Shown one piece after another: positions 1-11,458 of a DNA stretch of 64,000 bases. A program made the translations under genes and the position numbers. Below the pieces are notes generated by a model. That model saw only the letters and a program-made list of their open reading frames with translations. It searched no databases and was not told the origin of the DNA. Each line of letters starts with the position of its first letter. The first letter of the stretch is position 1. This DNA comes from Trichosphaerium sp. ATCC 40318 (taxonomy: Eukaryota > Protista > Tubulinea): the NCBI GenBank assembly GCA_038496445.1, contig JALMLS010000343.1:1-64000 (forward strand), written 5' to 3'.

Positions 1-79
1 TACATAATACTATATGTATAAGTATCGGCAATGTACATTGCCTACATGCTGTTTAGCAACAGCATAGATCCCTAACCCA

Positions 80-460
80 AACCTTACAAAAAAAAAAAGC
101 CAATTAAAACTCAAAATCGCTTACATCTATATAACTCATCACTATGGATACTAACAAATCAATTATTGCTTGTACCATGTTTATATGGCCTAATAATATA
201 TATGTACATACATAAAGTAATTAAAAATACATTTGTAAATGCAGCCTCCAAATGCAACTGCATAGTAAAAATATTTCAAAATTTGCAAAAAAAAAAAAGT
301 TCGCATGTCGCTCACAGGCCATGTAGTGTATGAATATCATTTTTGATGCTGCATATCATAATAATACATGCTTGTGCCTAACAACACAGCCATGAAAGTA
401 GCAAAATCTAATAAAATCGAAAAAGTAGAGATTTAGGTAACCTTAACCTTAAAAAAATAC
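80..460. repeat. Direct repeat copy A1 (diverged copy at ~2040-2405)
   Basis: aaaaagccaatta..ctcaaaat(c/t)gcttacatctatataactcatcactatg..gcagcctccaaa..aaaagtagag..ggtaaccttaacc is present in both places with scattered substitutions. Confidence 0.9.
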
Positions 461-2039
461 ACAATGTCAACACAACCCTAACATAATTTTATGCACGTAT
501 TTAATGCAACATAGCATAAAATGAAGCGCCATATTAATTCAGGCACAAAAATGCCTTCGGCATTTCCGCACCTACCCGCGATGGTTCGTACGGGGCGATA
601 TTCGGTGAATGAAAATCACATAGTCCCTAACTCTCATACTTCATAAATAATAAAACAAGACATATTAGTACTTGATACAGCAAGCGCTATATATATGATG
701 ATATACATGGTGAGTAATCAAGGCAACCCTAATGGGTAGACCATAAAATAACAAAAATATTTAATTTCTATCACTATGCTGAATCACATTGTGGATTTAT
801 CACCATGTAAATATGGTAATAATCATGTGGTAATATAACAAGGCATATAGGGTATAGAGGAGCAAGGGGGGGTTGGAGAACAAGGGGGGAAAAATCAACA
901 TTTGGAAAATTGGCATTGCTTTAAGTATCAATGCCTATCAATGCCAAATTATTTTGCTGAACAACATATATTTTATATTTTAGAAATCACACAAAGATTT
1001 GTGATTAGCTTGCAAAATTGGCCTAAATTAGGGCTAGCCATACAGCTACGCATAAGTAAAGGCATAAGCCATATTCAGGCCAATATCCCAAAAAAGTCCA
1101 AAAATCTATTATGGCATGTAGGTAAAAAATTCTATATCATCATCTTACTTGCCATACTTTCATGCATAAATCTAAATTGGCCAATATGCATTTGGGGACA
1201 AAAGTATCTTGAGGTATGGTGGTGAGCCATTCAAAATCAAAAAAAAAATATTTTCAATTTTCACAATTCGTCAGTTTTGAATCGCATATATGCCACCCAC
1301 CAAAATACATGTTTGTACCATGATATACGCTAAATATTACGACCACACGCAAAATTAGCGCCTTTTTCATAATGCACATGGTTGTGACTACATGCAAAAA
1401 TGTGTTGTAGAAAAAGATGAAAGCAACATATGTATTAATAACTTTACATGGTGAGCACATATGGCAATATCGTTGGTTGCATCATAATCTATGACTAAAA
1501 TTACATACAAGTACATATTTAAGGTTGACATAGGCATTATTGTAATCAAGGCCTCCATACAAACTTCTATTGAATGAAAATAAGCTGGATTTTGGCTGCC
1601 AAAAGCAAAAAAAAAAGCCCCAAAAATGGCTATCTCAGCATGTATGCCACCAACACAAATCTAGTTGCTTTTACCAACATCGCGGCGGTGTTTTACATAA
1701 GAAAAAAGTATTCTATTTTTTGAAGGGTTATTCTCAAGGGTCAGAATCTGCTAAAACATTTGGCACCTCTGTAGTAGTACCTTAACCCTTTACAACAAGC
1801 TTTAAAAAGAAATGTTGTGGTAGATAGTTTCTTAAAAACTATTTTACCAAAAGAATAAAAAATTATCTTAGTTACCAATAAAAGATTATCTTATTCTCAT
1901 AGTCATTAATAGATATGAAAATAAATAATATCACATTATGTTGCCATGCATGTATAAATATGAATTTAAATTACAATTTAGCTACACATGATATACTAAA
2001 AACTTTGTGTATATGAGAAATGTGCATACATATTTTTTA

Positions 2040-2405
2040 CCAAAAAAAAAAGCCAATTACAAACTCAAAATTGCTTACATCTATATAACTCATCACTATG
2101 AATACCTACAAATGAATTATTGCTTGTACCACGTTTATATGGCCTAATAACATATATGTACATACATAAAGTAATTAAAAATACATTTGTAAATGCAGCC
2201 TCCAAACGCAACTGCATGGTAAAAATATTTCAAAATTTGCAAAAAAAAAAAGTTCACATGTTGCTCACGGGCCATGTAGTGCACGAATATCATTTTCGAT
2301 GCTGCATACCATAATAATACATGCCTGTGCCTAGCAGCACAGCTATGAAAATAGCAAAATCTAATAAAATCGAAAAAGTAGAGGTTTAGGTAACCTTAAC
2401 CCTAA
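2040..2405. repeat. Direct repeat copy A2 (of ~80-460)
   Basis: Visual alignment with 80-460. Further homologous blocks: ~632-790 with ~3455-3600, and ~1210-1570 with ~4530-4890. Confidence 0.9.
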
Positions 2406-2483
2406 AACCAACTACCAAAAAAGGCAAGTCTTGCTCATTAAGCGAAAATATACACTAAATATTAAAAAACTTAGTACTTCTAC

Positions 2484-3411
2484 CAGGGCTGAAACTAAAC
2501 AAGGCTTTGCCTTAAATATGAAGGCATTTTTTTAAAATCAGGCATTGATGGCAAAAATCAGGCATGCAAAAATGGCAATGCCTGATTTTGTAAAGGCAAT
2601 GGCAGAAAAGGCAAAAATCAGGCATTGAAATAAGGCTTTGTTGGGCAATGCCTTAATTGTTGCAATGCCTTGTTTTTTTTAGGCAATGCCTGCCCTAGTT
2701 TTTTTATGCATTGCCAGCCTTAAATTTACAGGCACCAATTAGGCATTGGTTGTGTACACATTGTACATTAAGGATACATTGGTTTAAGGTAAGTTTCCAC
2801 CACACCAACACTTCCTAAACATTTTTTTTCATTTACTACTGACGTTTTATATAGACGACGTCACCAAGCGCTTAGTATTTTATGGATTCTAACGAAACTA
2901 CCGCCATTCGAACCGCAGCACCCAAATGCACCTACTACAGGAGTATAGGTACTTTAAACCATTTTTCCAGTCCACGAAAATTATACCAATAATTTGTTAA
3001 TTTTTTTTTCTAGCTAAAGGTTTTTTTTCACATGGAGGACATTGAAGTTTTTTGTGTTTTGTGTACTGTACTTTAATAAATGAATCACAATTGTATGCCT
3101 ATATAAAGCCTTGTTTTATGAGTATATGGTGCCTGGGTTATGCCCAAAAATTGAGGGCAAAAATGCCTTATTGTTGCCCAAAAAATGAGGCATTATTGGA
3201 CCAACAATGCAGGCTATTTTAAGGCTAATTAGTGACCAGTTGCTTGCTATTTGGCCCAAATATGAGGCTTCAAAGCCCAAAATTACAAGGCAATGCCTCA
3301 TATTTGTCCATTTTTTTTGGCAAAAACAAGGCAATTTGGTGAAAAATAAGGCTGTATTTGGTGGCAAAAAAAAGGCTTTTGCAAAAAAAGCCTTATTTAG
3401 TTTCAGCCCTG
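2484..3411. mobile_element. Non-autonomous TIR DNA transposon (MITE-like), ~930 bp
   Basis: 22-bp terminal inverted repeats: CAGGGCTGAAACTAAACAAGGC (2484-2505) and GCCTTATTTAGTTTCAGCCCTG (3390-3411), 1 mismatch. Dense AGGC(A/T)/TGCC subterminal motif arrays; TAC flanks both ends (possible 3-bp TSD); no transposase ORF. Confidence 0.7.
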
Positions 3412-5093
3412 TACAAAAACACCTCATAACTATACACCAAGGTAATATATATAGCTCATACTTTATACACAATAAATTAAGGCATATTGACATAAGATAC
3501 ATCAAGCGCTACATGTATGATGATATACATGGCGAATAATCAAGGCAACCCTAATGGATAAAGTTATAAAATGAAAAAAAATATATATTTGCTATCACTA
3601 CTGAATGCCATGATCATTTAGGACCAAATCATTGTTATTTCTATGTAGCTACAATATAATACTTTATAAAAATATATTGTATGATAACATGGATGATATT
3701 TTAACTGTTATTTACACCATTTTTTTATACAAATCAAAAATCAATAGCATTTTTGCATGTTGACATTGCAAAAAAATCCTCATTTTAATACTAAGATGGT
3801 ATATTCTTTTATAAAAGGTATGGTATAACTCTAATAATCAAATATAAAAGCAATTATGTATGTTATTTTAACATAAGTGGCCTTGATAAGCATAAAAACC
3901 ACGAAGAAAAATAAAAAAGCTATAATTCTCAATAAAACATCTGTGTCGCTGCATTAAAAACATCTATTGTATTCATGTTTTACAAATCATCAAGCACCAT
4001 GCTTGAGATCATGTATGTGCAATAAAATGCAAATATATGATATAAGTCCAACAAAATAAATGAATTGCATAAACACACACAAAAAAATTATTGGCACTAT
4101 AAAAAGCTCTATGCCAATATAATTTTACACCCATGATAACATCTCCAAATAAATAAAAAATAGCCATATAACAAAGATATATGGCATCAAGAGGTACCAT
4201 GGAGGCAAAGCTGTTTTTGGCAAAAATGGCATTTTTTTGGTTTTTTTACCATAAAGTATGATTGTAGGTAGCTTCATCAAGATCATCTATGTATATATAG
4301 TAAATTACAAGATGATGCCATGATGTTTGTTAATAGGAAAATGAAGAATCGCACACCATAGATAATATATGGGGGGGTTGGTGCATCAACAAACAATGTC
4401 ATCATTTTTGGCCAAAAAGGGCACGAACTCAAAATGCTTCTAAGCCTTCAAATCCAACCATTATTTTTGTTTTTATATAAACTTATATAAAGTATACTAA
4501 GATGGCATAACAATTAAAGTAAATATTCATAGGGGGTATGGTGAACGACCACTAAAAAATGAAAAAATGGAGGAAATTTCTACATTTTCCTGATTTTGGA
4601 TCACATATATGCCACCCCACCAAATAAACTGTATATCTCTTATTATTACTATGTCAAGTACTATATATCCTCAGTCGCCATCGATCCATCATGTTGTTGG
4701 CCATGACCATTTTCGAAAACATATGCTATAAAAGGTAAAACATATAAATTAATTAATAACTATTCATGATGGATAGGTATGACAAAATAGATGAATGCAT
4801 TGGATTCCTTGAGCAAAATTACATACATGTATATGTATAAGTGAAACATAGATGATCATGTAACTGCAGCCTCCAAGCAAAGATGTATCCAATTTTTTGT
4901 TAAAAAAATCCCATTGGAAAAATCAAAAAAAATCCAAAAATCAAAGAATGGCTCACCAAATCGACGTATACTGCTATAAAATCCTACAAACCACCAACAA
5001 TCGGGTAATTTATATCAATGTATAAGGTACAAAAAACGAAATTGGCTTAAGCGATATGATAAGGTATGTGGTAATGCATGGTTCAAATTAAAT

Positions 5094-5455
5094 CCCTAAC
5101 CCTAATTGTTGTTGTAGTCTATTAGGGCTAGGGTTTTGGCTGGTAATTACAATCTGTGGTTTAGGGCTAGGGTTAGGGTTACAACCCTAATGGCACATAC
5201 ATGATTTACGCTTTTAATCATTGACTGGAGTTAGGGTTTAGGGTTTGCTTCTCCTATGCTAGGGCTTAGCTTAGGGTTAGGGCTAAACCCTACTTAGTAT
5301 TATGGTTTGTGCCTTGGTTTTAGTGACTTCCCTCTTATTGTTAGGTATGTTTGTTTTGTAGCAATACTGTTCAATGCAGTAACAGCATTTTTTATAGCTG
5401 GTCTTGAAAACACATGTTTACTGTTAGGGTTAGGTATTATTGTTTGGATTAGGGT
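5094..5455. repeat. Degenerate telomere-like TTAGGG/CCCTAA repeats
   Basis: ccctaaccctaa, ttagggctagggttagggtta, ttagggtttagggttt, ttagggttagggctaaacccta and ttagggttagg are clustered here. Confidence 0.75.
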
Positions 5456-5544
5456 AATGTATTAATATGGTTTATATTGCCTACGACTTTGCTTACTACA
5501 GACCTTTTATGGTAAAGTCAACAAATGTATTGCATCTTTATACA

Positions 5545-6054
5545 ATGTCTGAGGATAACGTTAACGATCAAGGTCTAAGAACTGATGGTAACATCACCGC
5601 AGAAGAAGCCCGTATGGCCAGAATAATGGCCAAAAAACAAAAAGAAATTAATATTAGAAACCAAACAGTGGTACCTGTAGCCCCAAAGGAGTCTGTACGT
5701 ACACCGCTATTAAAAAAAAGCTAAAAAAAACTCGCTAAAACTTACGTCACACATCAGGACTGGGTTATTAGCCTTGTAGACCTACCGTCTGCGCCAAACC
5801 AGCAAGTTGAAGTGCTCGTAGCTGGCAAATCTGTATTTATTAGCCCAAACCCGTCAGGTGACGCAAAAGTCACTGCAAAGGTTAACGCTAACTTAGCGGG
5901 CTTTAGCCAAGCAAATGAGATAACTGTACGCCTACGTCCACGCTACTCAGCGCTTGCTAACGAATTTTTTAAGCTCAAAATACCTGTAATGGGTTTTCAA
6001 GGCGGTAAAAAGTTCTCTTTGAACGACGGAGGTACGCACAAACAATCTCGTTGA
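5545..6054 (+). pseudogene. Intronless ORF of unknown function interrupted by one in-frame TAA (5722-5724)
   Basis: ORFs 5467-5724 and 5812-6054 share a frame and the intervening sequence is open (KKLAKTYVTHQDWVISLVDLPSAPNQQVE); the stop lies between two A-runs. Confidence 0.4.
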
Positions 6055-6282
6055 AAGAAAAACCGAAAAAAAATTATGCTTGGCATTCGTAATGTCAAAA
6101 AACAAAGCTGTTGCAACACTAAATTTCACAATAGGTTACATCATGTTCAAGTTTACGCCTCAAGGTTTAGCTATGCAACAACGAAACACACCTTTCTAAG
6201 CTTTTTTTTTTGCATAAATACTTTTATTTTATTCATGTCAAAAAAAAAAACTAAATAAAGCCGAAAAAAAAAATGTGACTGT

Positions 6283-9181
6283 TCACTGTTTGTGTCCTGC
6301 GTTTCTGGTATCTCTAGAATCCCCTCGTGCAGAGTTCCGTCTGTTCTTGTTACCACTGCGCTTTGAGTGACGTTGTGGGACACCTCCACGAGCTTTCTGA
6401 ATTTCAAATACTTCACGCTTCAACAAGTGAATGTATTTGCACTACAATGCGATCGTCAGCAAACAAGTAGGTATTGGTGGTACTAAATGTTGCTTGGAAA
6501 GAAAAATAATAAAAATGGAATGTGCCAAAGTGGATTGAAAAGCAGTCATTAACGTAGACAAACTCTCCACCTAACCTGGCTTTATTTTGCTATTCGAAGT
6601 CTAGTTGCAAGTGTTTACACATATGGGATCAATGTACGCTCGTACGCAATCAAGAGTAAACAGCTGAACCGTCTCGGAAAAATGCCAATAGGGTTTTCAA
6701 CAAAAAAAAAAGCAAAGGTGCCAAAAAAGAAAATGCCGCTGAAAGTTGTGCGTACCTCAACTTTTTTACAAACGCCTTGGTGAGCGAAATCGTAGCAGTA
6801 TGTAAAGTTTGCGTTGTTGCCTTGTGGTTGAGGAATAAACGTATGAGGAATTGCATTACGCCTAGATCGCCACTGTAGAGGGACATAAGGAAGAGTCACT
6901 TTATCAACTGTCGGTAAATCACGCTGATAGGCATGCAAATCAAATGTATTTGAGGCATCACCAGAGTCATCTTGCACATCAGGCATTTCCTCGTCTTCTT
7001 TGGAGCCTTCGTCATCGATCTCGTCATCAATGGACAATGTCAGAGCTGAGGTGTCAGTACTCTGTTTGTGGGTTTTTTGTTCGATAATGCTTTTGTACAA
7101 GGTAACGGTATCTTTCTTGGAAGGTTTGTGCAGCAAGTATACACCCGGACTAGACAACTTGACTTGTGTGAGTACAGCTGATATCGCTTTAATCATGCGC
7201 ATATCCCTTGATAGCAACGTCAGGTCAGAACAAAAAAAAAACGGGGAAAAAAAAAAGGGGTACCTAAACTGGGTATTATACGCAAGTACTTCACTCTCAT
7301 CCTCGGTGACATCCACGGATACAACTGTTCCTTCGTGTGCACTCAATCGCACAAACAAACCTCCCACTGATGCAGTCTTTTCGAGATAAGCTGAAATCCA
7401 ACGCTCTCCCAACTCAAAAGTTGTTTGTTCTTCCAGGCCAAGATCGCTACGATACTCCAGCTTCACAAATGCGTGTTTGGGCTGCCCCCGAATTGTACAA
7501 TCATGTCGCGTGCGAATAAGAACGTTTGCATAGCCTGTTGGTGAAGAGGCACGCCACAAGTCGTACTTGGCATGCAACTCACTCGGCATTTTATTTCCTC
7601 TACCAAACGATAACAAGGTGGATATGGTTGTGTTATAAAACTCTTGTTGTATTTCCCTTGGTGTAAGGGTTTGGGGAAGAAGGGGAGCGTCCACATATGC
7701 GACAAATCGCCGTTTACCTTGCGGTTGTGTAACTACATGCACAGGCAATGTCCATTCCTAAACACATGTGAGTTGGGACAACAACAAATAAAAACACTGT
7801 TAAGAGGGTTTTTTTTTTTTTCCGTACCTCTTCAAAGATGGGAGGGTAGTTATTAGCTATTGTTTTAAGTGCCTCAATAGAGATGACAATGTCAATTGGG
7901 TGCGAGGATAGCATGGTACCTGAGTTTGGTTAGAAAACAAAACAAACAACTTTTTTCGAAAAAAGCGTTCTTACCAATTTCCTTGTCAGCAGCAATTGAA
8001 ACATTCTTGCTCTGGTGATCGTTGAACAACGTTGTGGCCTGTATCTCTTCGTACTTCTTTATAACATTTCCAAAGTCTATAGGTGCAACATCAGCGGGCA
8101 CACCCTAAAGGAACAGAGTTTTAGCGAAAACTGTCAATAGCGAAAAATGGTGGAATCAAAAACAAAATTCTCTACTATTTTCAGTCTCGGGAGTGATCAC
8201 ATTTAATTCAATCCTACACTGCTTTTTTGCATCACATAGGCAGATTGCTTTCGGAAATTTGTAAAAAGAGGTTGCAAAAAAATACGTACAACGGAGCTAA
8301 TGCTCTTCTGAAATTCGAACTTGTAGTCTTCTCCAGGCTGAGTTGTAAGGGTTATCTTAGCCATCTCCTTGTACCTACCGCGAGCTAAATTTATTAACAA
8401 GTTCAAGAGTAGCCAAGAAAAAAAAAAAAAAAAAAAAAAAAAAGGACAAAGCCAAAAAAGTACGTACTTGCGTGGCAACGAAGTACCGCATTCACTTTTA
8501 GCGGCATAAAACTTGTTCATAAAGCCACCCACTACTGGTGGTAGTTGAACATAGCGGTGCATCAACTTTCGTGCGTTCTCACTGTCAAGCCTTCTAAAGG
8601 AAGCGCACTCTCGTTGAACAATGACAGACAAGTCCATAAACTCTTTACTGCGCCTACCACTGGCGTCGTTCATCAGAGCGAGAAAGCGGGTGTGTTGTGT
8701 ATGTGTCAACGCCGACAAACGCAAGCTTCCAGCATAAGTCGGTAGAGAACGTTGTGGAATAGAGGCAGTAGTCGGAGGGTTGGTTCGAGACGGCGGCCGC
8801 TGGCTAGGAGGTGCCTGTGGCAGCGCAGTGACTGAGTCTTCCGTGCCTTTCTTCTTCGACACTAGTTGCTTCTCGCGTTGTTTTGAAGTTGTAGTTGTGC
8901 CGCTCGCATTGGTGTATACAAACGCCGCATTGTTGAATGGTTGCGCCGTTACCTCGTTATATTTTTCATAGGTATCCTCGTCCAAAAATGATTCTGAAGA
9001 AGGCGTAGGGATTATGGCATCTGATATTAGAAACTCAGGGACGTCTATCAATACGTGCTGTGGCAGCTCCTTTAGTTTCTCAAATCTACAACAAACATTT
9101 TTGGTTAGCTATTACCTCTTTTTGTTGTTAAAAGAACATGCTAGTTCCTAAATCAAACGCGTACGAAAATTTTTCTTCCAT
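6283..9181 (-). CDS. ICE2/NARG2-like protein (NARG2_C domain) with C-terminal CCCH zinc finger, multi-exon
   Basis: YDLW..NVLIR..VKLEYRSDLGLEEQTTFELGERWISAYL resembles NARG2_C. Splicing 6755->6442 joins CYDFAHQGVCKKVE|CKYIH (CCCH). Confidence 0.65.
6518..6680 (-). ncRNA. Intronic box H/ACA snoRNA, predicted guide for the LSU rRNA A-loop pseudouridine (snR10/SNORA21-like target)
   Basis: Hairpin, H box ATAGCA (6593-6588), second hairpin GCCAGG..TTTGGC, then ACA (6523-6521). Pocket strands GGTG and CAATCCA pair with conserved LSU UGGAUUG-U-U-CACC, 14 nt from the ACA box. It lies in an unusually long 314-nt intron. Confidence 0.8.
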
Positions 9182-9473
9182 TTTGCTCACTCAGCGTCTC
9201 TAAATGTTCCCAATGCCACTCGCAATACACTAGATGGGCGTTGCAGACTATACACAGGCAAGCGTTGCGGGATGGAGAAAGCCAAGAACATGCTGATACA
9301 ATTTTTTGGTTTGTTTTTTTTGGTCTTCCAAAAAAATAGCAAAAAAAAAGTCCACCAGTTTCTATTAATTGCTGTGTCAGCTTAATTTTTACGCTACATA
9401 CAAAACCAAAAGAAGCACTTTACGAGTAGCTCCGCACTTTAGTACTTTTTTTTTTTGGTTCAAACTATTCGTT

Positions 9474-11163
9474 ATGGCTGCTACCAATCCTAAATGGGCG
9501 CCTTTCGATCCTGTTTCGCGTGGGCTCTCCCCTACGTTCCGTTTAACTGACTTCTCACGCCTTAAGGGCTGAGGTACGTAGTTAGAGCTACAATACTGTT
9601 CTAAAAATCACGAAAAGGATGTAAGATCCCACAAGAAGAGTTGAAGGAGCTTCTTGCGGGTACGTTTTTTTTTCTTTTGCTGCTTTTCGTCATCATGCGA
9701 AAAGTGAGCCTGTCGGTGCAGCAATCTTATTGCACGAAATCACTGACGTGCTGGTAGGCGTTGCGGATTCCCATGTGTCAAAAGATTGCTCAGTGATGCC
9801 AACCAAGATCCCCAACGTCTACCAAGTCTCCACTACCGACGTGCGTTTGCATTTTTTTTTGAACGAAAAAAAAGTTATGTACTGTAACTTCTTAATAAAT
9901 TGCTCTCTTAGTTCTTCTATCCTCTTGTGGAAGACCCCTACCTACAAGGGCGCATCGCTTGCGCGAATGTGCTAAGTGACTTGTATAGTATGGGTATTTA
10001 TGACTGCGACTCAAATGTACGTAATTTATCTTTTTTGCCAATTGTGTAATATTAATCCAAACTTTTTTGCCATTTTTACTTTATTTACTGTAATTCATTT
10101 TGAAACTAGCTGATGATACTCGCTGCATCTGATCAAATGACGGACTCCGATAGAAAAATATGTACTCGCTTGATGATTGAAGGTTACACTGGTATGTTAA
10201 ATAGTTTTTTTGTTTTGCTTGGACGCACTTGTTTAATTTTACCTAGCTTGCTCTAGAGAAGCAGGAATTGACGTTACCGGCGGACAAACAGTTATAAATC
10301 CTTGGCCAATTATTGGCGGCGTAGCGATGGCTGTATGCACAATGGAAGATATTATAATGTATGTTACTTTTCGCCTTTTTTTTTTCTTGCCATTCTCAGG
10401 GATACTCACTCGTTAACAGGCCAGAAAATGCAGAAGAAGGTGATGTTCTCGTATTGACTAAACCAATTGGTACACAATTAGCGGTCAATGCTTTCCAATG
10501 GATGAATCAAAATAATGCAAATGCTGCTAAAGTCAAACAAAAGTTAACGGATGAGCAAGGTAAACCACCCTCTCATCATTTGTACAATAACTCAATTTAT
10601 TTTTTAAGTAACGCAGGCTTTTGCCGCCGCACAGAACTCAATGGTTAGACTCAGCAGGACCGCAGCAAAACTCATGCACAAGCACCACGCCCGTGCTTCA
10701 ACTGATGTCACAGGTGCGGCCTATTCTTTGTATTTTTAATCCTGTACTCTTCACGTGTTATGTCCTGAGATTATCATTTTTAGGTTTTGGAATTTTAGGG
10801 CACACAACGAACTTAGCTGAAAATTCTAAAGCCGCTGTCGATATGGAATTGACGGCGCTTCCAATAATAAAAAATATGGCTCTCATCGATGAGATGTTCT
10901 CATTCTTTCATTTACTTGAAGGCAAATCTGCTGAAACTTCAGGTACTTGTAATTGATGGGGTATTACTTATTTGTTACTTACTAAACATTTCGCAAAAGG
11001 TGGTTTGTTGATTGCATTCAAGCCTGCTGATGCAATCGCATTTTGTAAAGATATTGAAGAAGAAGAGGGTTATCCAGCATGGCAAGTAGGTCGTGTCGTC
11101 AAACGTAAAGGAAAAGCGAATACTGCGCGTATTGTGGAGAATGTGCGCGTTATAGAAGTGTAA
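9474..11163 (+). CDS. SEPHS2: Selenophosphate synthetase (SelD/SPS2), selenoprotein with in-frame UGA at 9570-9572, multi-exon
   Basis: [14 protein letters not shown]|CKIP; STTD|[28 protein letters not shown]; [16 protein letters not shown]; [13 protein letters not shown]; TDVTGFGILGH; ETSGGLL. Confidence 0.95.
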
Positions 11164-11199
11164 CTGGTGATGAAATAGAAAACTGAGCGAGGTAATTTA

Positions 11200-11273
11200 G
11201 TAGTGTTTTACAATGAACTCTTAGCCGCCAAGCTGTATGGCCCGGTTTGGAGTGACACACAAATAAATACTAC
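11200..11273 (+). promoter_or_regulatory. Eukaryotic SECIS element in the SPS 3' UTR
   Basis: GTAGTGTTT..ATGAA-CTCTTAGCCG-CCAA-GCTGTATGGC-C-CGGTTTGGAG-TGAC..AAATACTAC: helix I, AUGA/GA core, helix II, apical AA with mini-stem; starts ~37 nt after the stop. Confidence 0.85.
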
Positions 11274-11458
11274 CAGATTCTGTAAATTAACAAGCGTTGC
11301 TTACTAAAGCCCTATTATTTGATTAAAATTTGTTGTAGCCCTCTTTTCACATTGTGGCGTATGGATCTAAGCAGTCACTTGTACTTTTTTACCTTACAAA
11401 AAAAAAAGCAAAACATTAAAGTAACCTCAGAGACGAGTTATACAAATTGACAATTTTA

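Noticed and set aside
2900-2915. GGTTCGAAT B-box / tRNA fragment on the minus strand
   Set aside because: No cloverleaf or A-box could be built
902-4200. Short ORFs in the 5' repeat block
   Set aside because: Low-complexity AT-rich frames with no motifs, overlapping on both strands within repeats
6684-6700. AAAACCCTA just 5' of the H/ACA domain as a telomerase RNA template
   Set aside because: It does not give ~1.5 copies of CCCTAA, no pseudoknot is evident, and the H/ACA pocket is fully explained by an rRNA target
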